Positions 55,758-64,000 of a stretch of 64,000 nucleotides of DNA are shown here, piece by piece (position 1 is the stretch's first letter; every line of letters begins with the position of its first letter). A program made the position numbers and the translations under genes. The stretch is from Acidobacteriota bacterium (GTDB lineage: Bacteria > Acidobacteriota > UBA6911 > RPQK01 > JADFOI01), in NCBI GenBank assembly GCA_963663035.1, contig OY760074.1:704001-768000 (forward strand). Reading direction: 5' to 3'. The notes below the pieces were generated by a model. That model worked only from the letters and a program-made list of their open reading frames with translations. It had not been told where the DNA came from and ran no database searches.

Positions 55758-56022
55758 CTAACAGCGACGTTTGAGAATTCTTCCCACACTGGTATGCGAG
55801 ATACCCAACTCCCGGCCGATTTTACGGTGACTGTACCCCCCAGCATGCAGCTTATGGACTATCTCAGAATCGGCAAGGGACTTGGGCCGCCCCAGCTTCT
55901 TCCCATTCTCCACGGCCCTCCTCAACCCGGCCTTCACCCGCTCCGCAATGATGTCCTGCTCCAGTTGAGCCACCGCACTGATGATGGTGAAAATAGCACT
56001 TCCCAGGGGCGAGCTGGTGTCA
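55758..56022 (-). pseudogene. Serine resolvase/invertase C-terminal remnant
   Basis: DTSSPLGSAIFTIISAVAQLEQDIIAERVKAGL...LGRPK plus HTH; the catalytic N-terminus is absent. Confidence 0.82.
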
Positions 56023-56046
56023 TCTCACTAACTTCTTGAAAACAGA

Positions 56047-56134
56047 TGGTGCGAAAGGGGGGACTCGAACCCCCACGACCTTACGGCCACCAGATCCTAA
56101 ATCTGGCGCGTCTGCCAAATTCCGCCACTTTCGC
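56047..56134 (-). tRNA. tRNA-Leu(TAG)
   Basis: Minus strand GCGAAAG/CTTTCGC acceptor, CCAGA-TTTAGGA-TCTGG anticodon arm, long variable arm, CCA. Confidence 0.95.
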
Positions 56135-56299
56135 TAAAAGGTCTGCCAGGCGAAGGCAGGCTCAATCCCTCTCCATTCTAAACAATGGTGGGTTTTCAAG
56201 GAAGAGCCCGCCTGGACAGCTTCAGGGGAAGGCTCCCAGAATCTGACCAAAAGGCCGGCGGTTGACGGGCACAATACCCTGTCAGTAGAATCGCCCTCA

Positions 56300-57145
56300 A
56301 TGCCGACTTTGGAAGCGAAAGTTCTACGCTTACGCAATCTGCTTGGTCAGTTGGAGCGAGTAGTGGTCTGCTTCTCAGGAGGCGTTGACTCGAGCTACCT
56401 ACTGGCCGAATCGGTCAGTCAGCTGAATCAGAATGCTGTGGCGTTGACAGCGGTTTCTCCAAGTCTTGCTGACGAGGAGGGAGCTGACGCACGGCGGCTG
56501 GCCGAGCACCTGGGGGCGCGTCACGTGCTGGTTGAAACCCAAGAGCTGGACGATCCGCGCTACGCTGCCAACCCGGTGAATCGCTGTTATTTCTGTAAGA
56601 CAGAAGTGTACGGAGTGGCCGTTGAGCAGGCTCGTCGCCTGGGCATTCCCAACCTGCTGGATGGCTTCAACGTGGACGATAGGGGCGATCACCGTCCCGG
56701 CCGCAAGGCCGCACTGGAGTATGGTGTGCGGTCTCCCCTCGACGAGTTGGGTTTCACCAAGGCTGATATCCGCCAGGCAGCCCGCAGCATTGATTTACCG
56801 GTCTGGGATAAGCCTGCGCTGGCATGTCTGTCCAGCCGGTTTCCCTACGGAACCCCGATTACCCCTGAGCGTCTGACTCAGGTGGGCCGCTGCGAGCGCG
56901 TGCTGCGCGATTTGGGTTTCCGGGTCTATCGGGTTCGTTACCATGACCAGGTGGCCAGAGTTGAGGTGGCGTCCCAGGAGCTGCAGAAACTATTGGATCC
57001 GGCAGTGCGTGAGGAGATCACTCAACGCTTCCGGGAAGCGGGCTTCGCTTATGTTACCGTGGACCTGCAGGGCTATCGAACCGGTTCCCTGAATGAAGCG
57101 GTGACTGCTGTACGGCGCAGCATCGCCCAAGTCGCTGACCGATAA
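56300..57145 (+). CDS. larE: ATP-dependent sulfur transferase LarE (TIGR00268)
   Basis: PP-loop FSGGVDS, NRCYFCK, DHRPG, KPALACLSSRFPYG, GYRTGSLN. Confidence 0.9.
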   Translation: MPTLEAKVLRLRNLLGQLERVVVCFSGGVDSSYLLAESVSQLNQNAVALTAVSPSLADEEGADARRLAEHLGARHVLVETQELDDPRYAANPVNRCYFCKTEVYGVAVEQARRLGIPNLLDGFNVDDRGDHRPGRKAALEYGVRSPLDELGFTKADIRQAARSIDLPVWDKPALACLSSRFPYGTPITPERLTQVGRCERVLRDLGFRVYRVRYHDQVARVEVASQELQKLLDPAVREEITQRFREAGFAYVTVDLQGYRTGSLNEAVTAVRRSIAQVADR

Positions 57146-57168
57146 GGCTTCGGGGGCAGGGTCAGTCT

Positions 57169-58248
57169 TCAGTCGTTGACCAGCTGTCGATAAAGAGCCA
57201 GGGTTTCTCCAGCCGTCCTTTCCCAGCTGAATTGTGCAACACGCTCCCGCCCCTGCCGAACCAGACGCTCCTGAAGATCAGGGTTGCTGAGAATCTCCTG
57301 AAGTCCGGACTGGATTGCGTCCGTGTCTTCAGGATCTACCAGAAGAGCTGCATCCTTGGCCATTTCCGAAAGCGACGAGCTGTTTGAGGTCATCACGGGA
57401 AGGTCTGCTGCCATGGCTTCCAGTAAGGGAAACCCAAATCCTTCATACAGAGACGGGAAAGCCAGCATCGTTGCCGAGCGGTACAGTTGACAGAGGACAG
57501 ACGGGTCAACATACCCCAGGCAGCGAATTCGATCGCGAGCCGGACTCTTTTGGATATGTTCGTGGACTTCCTCGGAACCGTACCCATTGGGGGCACCTGC
57601 CAGGACTAACAGGTGGTTCGTTTCCAGACCCTCAAAGGCTTCCAGGAGCCTTTTGACATTCTTCCTTTTTTGAATGGTACCCACATGGAGCACAAACGGG
57701 GTAGTGAGATGAAAGCGCTCCCTGAACCATTGAAGCTGCTGGTCGGTGTACTTGGGAATAGGCTGGATACCAGAGTGAATCACCTTGATCCGATCCCGAG
57801 GATATCCCAAATATTCCTCCACCTGGTCAGCTGTGAAAGCAGAGACGGTGATAATGAAATCTGAGCGCTCTGCTGCGTCCCTGGCCAGAGCATCGAATCG
57901 GCTCCGAAAGGACTGAGTGCAGTAGTCGCCAGCCAAAAAAAAGACATCGTGAAAAGTGGTCACGGTACGTTCAAAACGATATTGCGGTAAACGACCAGTC
58001 AGGCTGTGAAACAGGTCCAGCTGCTTCCCGAACAGAAAACAGGAAAACTCTTCCAGCAGTCGACGAGAGCAGTTGGAGCCAGGTAAGGAAGCCCCGAAAG
58101 CCTTGAGGAAACGATTGGCCCGATAGCACAGGAAGAATCGATCTTCAGGTGCTATCTGGGCTAGAGTTCGGATGAGGTTCCGGCAGTAAACAGTCACTCC
58201 GGAAGGCTCACGACTCAGGCTGTGGCTGGCGTCTAAACCGATTTTCAC
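57169..58248 (-). CDS. Glycosyltransferase family 4
   Basis: TFHD, VGTIQKRKN, FPSLYEGFGFPLLEAMA; start probably GTG 58248. Confidence 0.92.
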   Translation of the reverse strand: MKIGLDASHSLSREPSGVTVYCRNLIRTLAQIAPEDRFFLCYRANRFLKAFGASLPGSNCSRRLLEEFSCFLFGKQLDLFHSLTGRLPQYRFERTVTTFHDVFFLAGDYCTQSFRSRFDALARDAAERSDFIITVSAFTADQVEEYLGYPRDRIKVIHSGIQPIPKYTDQQLQWFRERFHLTTPFVLHVGTIQKRKNVKRLLEAFEGLETNHLLVLAGAPNGYGSEEVHEHIQKSPARDRIRCLGYVDPSVLCQLYRSATMLAFPSLYEGFGFPLLEAMAADLPVMTSNSSSLSEMAKDAALLVDPEDTDAIQSGLQEILSNPDLQERLVRQGRERVAQFSWERTAGETLALYRQLVND

Positions 58249-58303
58249 AGGCTCCGCTCGCAAAATAAACGCCTGCTGTAGGCTATAATGGAGCAACTCT
58301 AGC

Positions 58304-59239
58304 ATGAAACTCCGTCAGGAGAGCATGCTTTGCAAGGGCAACCCTTTAGGGGAGACATCTACCGATACAAGAGGATCCCAGGACTTGAACGTTCGTTCCA
58401 ACTCAAATAAGGCTGATTCCAATCAGGGTTTGAAGGCGACCCTTCTCGTCGCAACTTATGAAATGCCTCGGCCTTTAGAGTTGGTTTGTGCAGCATTAGA
58501 CGGTCAGTCCACAGACAGATTCGAAGTGATTTTCTGCGATGACGGATCTGGGGAAGGAACTCGTCATGTCATCGCAGAGTTTAAGAAACGGGCTGCTGTT
58601 CAAGTGCATCATCTCTGGCAAGAGCACCATGGCTTCAGGAAATGTCGCATCCTCAACGAGGGACTGAGAAAGTCGAGTGGAGACCTGCTGATCTTTCTGG
58701 ATGGTGATTGCGTCCCTCATAAGGATTATGTTCGAGATCACATGGACTCGCAGGAGCCAGGAGTTTATTGCGCCGGAAGAAGGGTTGATCTAGGGCCCAA
58801 GGTCAGCAAGGAACTTGATCCGAACAAAGTCCGCCAGGGCTTTTTCACCCGCCCCCGTGGTGCAATCCTTTGGAGTTTGATCAAAGGGGAGTCCACCCGT
58901 ATTCAGAGAGCCATCCGAGTGCCTTGGGACTTCGTTCGATCATTACTTCGAATGGATCGAATCGATGACCTCGTGGGATGCAATTACTCAGTGACGAGAG
59001 CGGATCTGATCGCCATCAACGGATTTGACGAGGAGTATGAAGGGTACGGACGAGAAGACACCGACGTGGAGACTCGACTTCAGAACCTTGGCCTTCGGAT
59101 CAAATCCCTCAAGGGGAAGGCCTTGCAATTTCATGTTTGGCACCCACGGCGAGAATTCACATCCGCCAATGAGGCTCGCCTCAAGGACACTCGGGAATCG
59201 AGAAGAATTCGCTGTATCCGCGGAATGGAGCGAGACTGA
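58304..59239 (+). CDS. Glycosyltransferase family 2 with GT7-like C-terminus
   Basis: DDGS, FLDGDC, INGFDEEYEGYGRED, HVWH; start uncertain. Confidence 0.9.
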   Translation: MKLRQESMLCKGNPLGETSTDTRGSQDLNVRSNSNKADSNQGLKATLLVATYEMPRPLELVCAALDGQSTDRFEVIFCDDGSGEGTRHVIAEFKKRAAVQVHHLWQEHHGFRKCRILNEGLRKSSGDLLIFLDGDCVPHKDYVRDHMDSQEPGVYCAGRRVDLGPKVSKELDPNKVRQGFFTRPRGAILWSLIKGESTRIQRAIRVPWDFVRSLLRMDRIDDLVGCNYSVTRADLIAINGFDEEYEGYGREDTDVETRLQNLGLRIKSLKGKALQFHVWHPRREFTSANEARLKDTRESRRIRCIRGMERD

Positions 59240-59304
59240 AACTCGCTGAAGGAAATCAAGACGGCTTTCTACTCAGCCTGCCGCCGTGCTAACCTAAAAA
59301 GCGT

Positions 59305-59381
59305 CGGGGCATAGCGCAGCCTGGTAGCGCGCCTGCTTTGGGAGCAGGAAGTCGGGGGTTCAAATCCCTCTGCCCCGACCA
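59305..59381 (+). tRNA. tRNA-Pro(TGG)
   Basis: CGGGGCA/TGCCCCG acceptor, CCTGC-TTTGGGA-GCAGG, GGTTCAAATCC, CCA. Confidence 0.96.
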
Positions 59382-59390
59382 ATTTAACCC

Positions 59391-60687
59391 GGTGCATTCC
59401 GGACACATAGGTTACAGTTTATTCCGAAGACATAGGTAACACCTTTGCACCAAAAGGGTTATTTATAGGTTCAAACCTTCTACTGTCTTCGTCAAAGTAA
59501 CCGAGGTCGTATTCCATAAACGACACCAGCCAAATTTTCTCTTTGACCTCTTTGATTCCAACATCTTGACCAGCAAACACCGTGCTGAAGTTGATCTTTT
59601 GACTTTTCATACAGATTCTGCCGCAGCTGGTGACGGTCACGGTGCGATCGTGCATGGGGTACTCGACGCGCCCGATTCCTCGGTAGGGACAAGATGCGGG
59701 AGTATAGACCTCGGACGGAAACTTCATGCCCAGGGCCTCATGAGGTCTCTCAGTATTGTATTCCGCCTGAAAGGCATTAAACCTCTCTTGCTGCTGAAGA
59801 AGGTTGTGGGCAGCGGGAACGACTGTGGCCTTCTTGAGGGTGAGATGAAGGCGCTCATGCCTTCCGTTCTGCTCGGGATGGCCGGGCTTGATCCTCTCGA
59901 TTCGGATTCCTAGCCTAAGCCACCAGACGGCCAGTCGACTGAGTCCAAACAATCCGTTGGGTGATGCAAAAGGGACTCCGTTGTCCGTGCGGATCGCTTC
60001 CGGCAAACCTAACTCTTGAAAGGTTCTCTCGAATACGGGGAAAGCACCTCTTTCCTTAACACTGTCGAGAGCCTCGATGGCGAGCAGATAACGGCTGGCG
60101 TGATCGCTCACGGTGAGAGGATAACAGTACCGTTTGTCTCCCAGCATGAACTCTCCTTTGAAGTCGGCAGACCAAAGGTCATTGGGATTCTGGCTGCTGG
60201 ACAATCGAGTCCCCTCTGCCTTGAACCGTCGCCGTTTTCTACAGTTCACCAGGCCGTTGCGATCCAGAACCGCGTGAACTGTGCTCACCGCAGGCGGCCG
60301 TACATTCGGAAACCTACGAATCAGGAGCGCCCGAATCTTGGGAGCTCCCCAATACGGCTTCTCTCGCTTTAGCCTGACCAGGGTCCGTTCCACCTGTTCG
60401 GGCAGTTGGTTTCCGTAACGATGCGGCTTGCGGCTCCGATCCACCAGGGCGTAAGCGCCGGTGTTTTGATAGCGGTTCCAAATCTTGTAGCCCGTCTTTC
60501 TGGATATCCCAAACTCCTCACACAGACGGCTCATGGACTCCCCATCCAACAGCTTCGCTATAAATCTCATTCTCTCGTCCATCACACAGATCTCCTTCCA
60601 TGGCATCTCTGGGCACCTCCCAGAAGAAGCCTATAAGTGTTACCCATGTGTCCGGTATAATTTGTTACCCATCTTTCGGAATGGGCA
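59391..60687 (-). mobile_element. IS481-family insertion sequence (ends approximate)
   Basis: Ends carry tandem repeats ATTCCGGACACATAGGTTACA / ATTCCGAAGACATAGGTAACA and inverted TGTTACCCATGTGTCCGG / TGTTACCCATCTTTCGGAATG. Confidence 0.85.
59419..60606 (-). CDS. IS481-family transposase
   Basis: MPWKE, FGISRKTGYK HTH, WSADFKG, IRTDNG, PEQNGRHER. Confidence 0.93.
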   Translation of the reverse strand: MPWKEICVMDERMRFIAKLLDGESMSRLCEEFGISRKTGYKIWNRYQNTGAYALVDRSRKPHRYGNQLPEQVERTLVRLKREKPYWGAPKIRALLIRRFPNVRPPAVSTVHAVLDRNGLVNCRKRRRFKAEGTRLSSSQNPNDLWSADFKGEFMLGDKRYCYPLTVSDHASRYLLAIEALDSVKERGAFPVFERTFQELGLPEAIRTDNGVPFASPNGLFGLSRLAVWWLRLGIRIERIKPGHPEQNGRHERLHLTLKKATVVPAAHNLLQQQERFNAFQAEYNTERPHEALGMKFPSEVYTPASCPYRGIGRVEYPMHDRTVTVTSCGRICMKSQKINFSTVFAGQDVGIKEVKEKIWLVSFMEYDLGYFDEDSRRFEPINNPFGAKVLPMSSE

Positions 60688-60841
60688 CCCCTTTTTAATC
60701 AATTAGTTAAGACAAATCTGTCAAAGCCCTCAAAAGGGTCACTTTGGGGCCAGGGTGCGGATTTTGGTGGTGAAAATGAGGTGAATTTGGGTGGGGCAGG
60801 GAAGTGGCCTGCTGAGTTATTTCGTAGATGCCCGCACTAAC

Positions 60842-61314
60842 CTACTGCTTATCAAAAACCTCTACTCTGCTAAACGGCTGACCCTGCGCATTGGTCCCCA
60901 TCGTCTTGAAGGTAAAGGTCTGTCCATCCGGAGAGACACTGCGCATGAAAACCGTGATCAACTTCCCGCCCTTCATGGACATCCCCTCCAGATTATAGGC
61001 ATCAATGCGCCTATCCATCGTGGCATCACTTGTGGGACGAGGATTTGCCCTGGGGTGCACTTTGCCGTCGAAAGCGAGCGTGAGTTCGGTGTGGGACGAG
61101 TTCCCATTTGCATCAACCGTATCGCGGGAATTCTTATATGTATCTTTGCCCACTAACTCATAATGGTGTACCAGACTCTGCGGCGGCTGACCAGGATCGT
61201 ATATCGATTTGGACAGGTTTAGCTTCCAACTACCGACAAATGGGTCGCTCTGCGCCCAGACACTACTAGCCAGGGCCAAGATAGCCACGGCCGCGATAAC
61301 GCTGCATTTTTTCA
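60842..61314 (-). CDS. Exported lipocalin-like hypothetical protein
   Basis: GTG 61314 after GGAGG; signal peptide, then DPFVGSWKLNLSKS motif. Confidence 0.7.
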
Positions 61315-61519
61315 CGGGCTGCTCCTTTCCTCCATAAAGCGTGGCGATTCGCATACCAAGTCTCCACGCATATACTTCACCTACCCTATAGTATAGGCTC
61401 CTAAATAAAATAAAGATACACGTCCAAACCAGTCCAGCAGAAGCGAGAGCGCTGTGCACGACTCACCACGGAGAAGTCCGATTGGATGCAGTGGATGTTC
61501 CAAATTGGCGGTCGGAGTT

Positions 61520-63040
61520 CTACTGCTTGGGTGGGGTTGTGGGATCCGGGTAGGCCGGCGCTGTAGCGGGTTGAGTGGCCCTGTCGGCAGGTCCCATGTC
61601 CTCTCGTCCCCGAGGTGTAGCACCCAGTTCGAGCAGCAGATTCGCGGTGCTCTCGTGGTTGCCGTAGAGCCCCCGAAACCTCAAGACGGGGCTAATTCCC
61701 GCCGCCATACTCCAGGGCGTCTCTCCGTTCTTGTCCGCGGTGTCCACGTTAGCACCGTGGTCCGCCAAGTATTGAACGATTGCGTCCGCTCCCGTAAAGG
61801 CTGCCGAGTGCATGGCAGTTCGGCCATCGTCGTTGACCACATCGATGTCGGCGCCCAGCTCTACAATTGCTTTGACGGCTTCTACGGCCTTCCTCTGCTC
61901 CTCCTCGTCCCTGCGGTTAAAGTCGCACCCCGCCCCCGCACAGATCACTCCCGCAGCCACCATAAGCGGTGTCGTATTCTCCCTGTTCGCAATGCGCGTA
62001 TCCGCGCCGCCAGCCGCCAGAATCCGAATGACCTCCACATCCACAGCTACCGCTGCGAGAAAAAGCGGTGTCGCACCTACCATGCTGAGCGCCCCCCCAT
62101 CAGGTCCATAGGTAATGCCCTTCTTGATTCGAGCGTCTGGGTTAGCTCCATGTGCCAACAGGGCCTTTGCCAGGTCTGACTGACTGGGGGGAGCAACACG
62201 GTAGTTTGGGTCGAATAGAATGCCGCTGAGGGCTAAGAGTCCTTTGCGCACAGCATAGTGCAGGGGTGTAGCGCTATTGGCGTCCCCTACGTTCGGGTTG
62301 GCACCCTTCTCCAGAAGAAAAAGAGCCAGTGCCTCGTGGCCACTGGCACTGGCCACGACCAGTGCACTGCCGTGTTCAGGCGTGGTATCGTTCACGTTGG
62401 CTCCCGCTCCCAACAGAATCCGGGCAGATTCTACATCACCCGAGCGGGCGGCAAACAGCAGCGGTGGGAACCCACTTGTGGATCGCGTATTCACCTCCGC
62501 ACCCTGCTCGATCAGCATCCGCCCAACTTGCGGGTACCCTCCTGCCATTGCCCACATCAGCGCCGTCTGTCCCTGCTCGTTCTCTCGCACGTTCACATCC
62601 GCGCCATGAGCCAGCAGGGCTCTTATGCCCTCAGCTGTTCCCGTGCCGGCGCAGGTCATCAGCGGCGTCTCGCCTGTCCACTTGGCTGCGTTCGGATCGG
62701 CTCCGGCCCGAAGCAGTCTGTCGACTAAGACGCCGTCTCGATTGGTGCAGGCCAGTGAGAGGGGAGTAACGCCGTAATCGCTGGCTGCGCTCGGGTCGGC
62801 ACCAGCGCTCAGGAGAAGCTCCACCGTTTTTGAATCGGCCCGATGGGTCGCCCAGGCCAGCGCCGTAGCTCCATCCGCCTCGCTCGCATTCACATCGGCC
62901 CCTTGCTGAAGCAAGGACCGCACGGCTTCCTGATCGCCCTGTTTGACCGCCTCCACCAGCCGCAGATCCCCAGCAGCCCTCAGCGGGCCAAGCGACAAGA
63001 GAAAGACTGTCCACCAACTGATCGTACGTCTTACATCCAT
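61520..63040 (-). CDS. Exported ankyrin-repeat protein
   Basis: Signal peptide and many GxTPL/GADxN ankyrin repeats. Confidence 0.92.
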   Translation of the reverse strand: MDVRRTISWWTVFLLSLGPLRAAGDLRLVEAVKQGDQEAVRSLLQQGADVNASEADGATALAWATHRADSKTVELLLSAGADPSAASDYGVTPLSLACTNRDGVLVDRLLRAGADPNAAKWTGETPLMTCAGTGTAEGIRALLAHGADVNVRENEQGQTALMWAMAGGYPQVGRMLIEQGAEVNTRSTSGFPPLLFAARSGDVESARILLGAGANVNDTTPEHGSALVVASASGHEALALFLLEKGANPNVGDANSATPLHYAVRKGLLALSGILFDPNYRVAPPSQSDLAKALLAHGANPDARIKKGITYGPDGGALSMVGATPLFLAAVAVDVEVIRILAAGGADTRIANRENTTPLMVAAGVICAGAGCDFNRRDEEEQRKAVEAVKAIVELGADIDVVNDDGRTAMHSAAFTGADAIVQYLADHGANVDTADKNGETPWSMAAGISPVLRFRGLYGNHESTANLLLELGATPRGREDMGPADRATQPATAPAYPDPTTPPKQ

Positions 63041-63069
63041 ACTTTTCCTTCTACTCAGCTCTGGCCCGG

Positions 63070-63999
63070 CTAGGCTAGAGAAAGAAGGTTGAGCTTCCTC
63101 GTGCTGTCCCCAAAATTCTCCATCCGAATTCCCAACTTGTCGAGCATGGTCAGGTACAAATTCGTCATCGGGGTACCCTCAGGAAAGCGAATATGACGGT
63201 CTTGTCCGATCTGGCCGACTCCCCCACCCAGCAAGAGGACAGGCAGGTTTTGGTTCAGATGTATGTTGCCGTCGCCGAAGGCACTGCCGTAAAGGATTAT
63301 AGTGTTGTCGAATAGGGAGCCGTCGCCGTCGGGAACAGAGCGCATTTTCTCCAGAAAGTAAGCAAACAATTGGGAGTGATATACGTTGATGCGGAACACC
63401 TTTTCGATCTTCTCCGGATTCAACCGGTGGTGCGACAACGGGTGGTGTGGGTCAGAGATACCGATTTCGCTGAAAGTCCGGGTACTCTGCTCTGCTCCCA
63501 TCATGAAGCTGATGACGCGAGTCATGTCGGTCTGGTAGGCCAGCACCTGCAAGTCAAACATTAGCTTGGCGTATTCTGCGAAGGTAGGCGGAATGCCAAC
63601 CGGACGAGCGACGTTTGGCAGATCCCTGGAGCTCTGCTGCTCGGCCATCTGGATGCGCCGCTCAACATCGCGAATGGCCTCCAGATACTGGGAGAGCCTG
63701 GCGCGGTCGCTGGGGCCAAGTCTCGACATAAGGCGCGAGGCGGCCTCGGTCACCGAGTCGAGAAGACTGAGCTCCTCACGGATCACGGCAAGCCGCTCTG
63801 CCGGGTCCGTGCTATTGCTATCACCGAATAAACGCTCGAACACCTGTCGCGGCTTGTTTTCAGTGGGTAGCGGTGTTGTGCCATTGCGCCAGGAGAGAGT
63901 GTTGAGGTAGGCACAGTTCCAGCCATTTTCGCACTGGCCTACCACGTCGGTGTCGTGCAGGCCCAGCTCAAGCGATGCTAGCTGGGTCTCCTTGCCAAG
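63070..63999 (-). CDS. DUF1552 (HXXSHH) protein, 5' end outside the window
   Basis: Frame open to the window edge (LGKETQLASLELG); HHPLSHH, PRQVFERLFG, FGDST motifs. Confidence 0.88.
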   Translation of the reverse strand, partial: LGKETQLASLELGLHDTDVVGQCENGWNCAYLNTLSWRNGTTPLPTENKPRQVFERLFGDSNSTDPAERLAVIREELSLLDSVTEAASRLMSRLGPSDRARLSQYLEAIRDVERRIQMAEQQSSRDLPNVARPVGIPPTFAEYAKLMFDLQVLAYQTDMTRVISFMMGAEQSTRTFSEIGISDPHHPLSHHRLNPEKIEKVFRINVYHSQLFAYFLEKMRSVPDGDGSLFDNTIILYGSAFGDGNIHLNQNLPVLLLGGGVGQIGQDRHIRFPEGTPMTNLYLTMLDKLGIRMENFGDSTRKLNLLSLA

Positions 64000-64000
64000 T

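Noticed and set aside
1-64000. CRISPR array or cas genes
   Set aside because: No regularly spaced repeat-spacer units and no Cas-like ORFs seen; the repeats are dispersed or 7-mer tandem

Overview
Chromosomal window from a bacterium of about 50-55% GC (estimated by eye), most likely Acidobacteriota. That is an inference from gene content: bshC, short PheT, a DUF1552-ankyrin cluster and TonB-ExbB-ExbD-ExbD-TPR. Positions 1-36.7 kb are mostly core genes: a sugar transferase, a heterodimeric ABC exporter, mltG, yqgF, an S41 protease homolog, HU, tRNA-Val, thrS-infC-rpmI-rplT-pheST-zapBA-rny-ymdB, uvrA, tgt-yajC-secDF, a TonB motor cluster, relA/spoT, rpmB, recA and tRNA-Gln. Positions 36.7-64 kb are more accessory: two near-identical IS3-family copies, a TPAT-type TRAP system, TolC, a high-GC homoserine dehydrogenase and resolvase remnant at tRNA-Leu, larE, glycosyltransferases, an IS481 at tRNA-Pro, and the end of a DUF1552-ankyrin cluster. 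The most unexplained signals are: (i) a family of 212-260 bp modular palindromic non-coding elements (4 full copies plus collapsed remnants) with covarying terminal stems and a swappable REP-like cassette; (ii) a ComEA-like helix-hairpin-helix insert inside SecF; (iii) a probably catalytically dead S41 protease; (iv) heptamer-repeat hairpins at gene ends. All calls come from reading the sequence; no database search was run.
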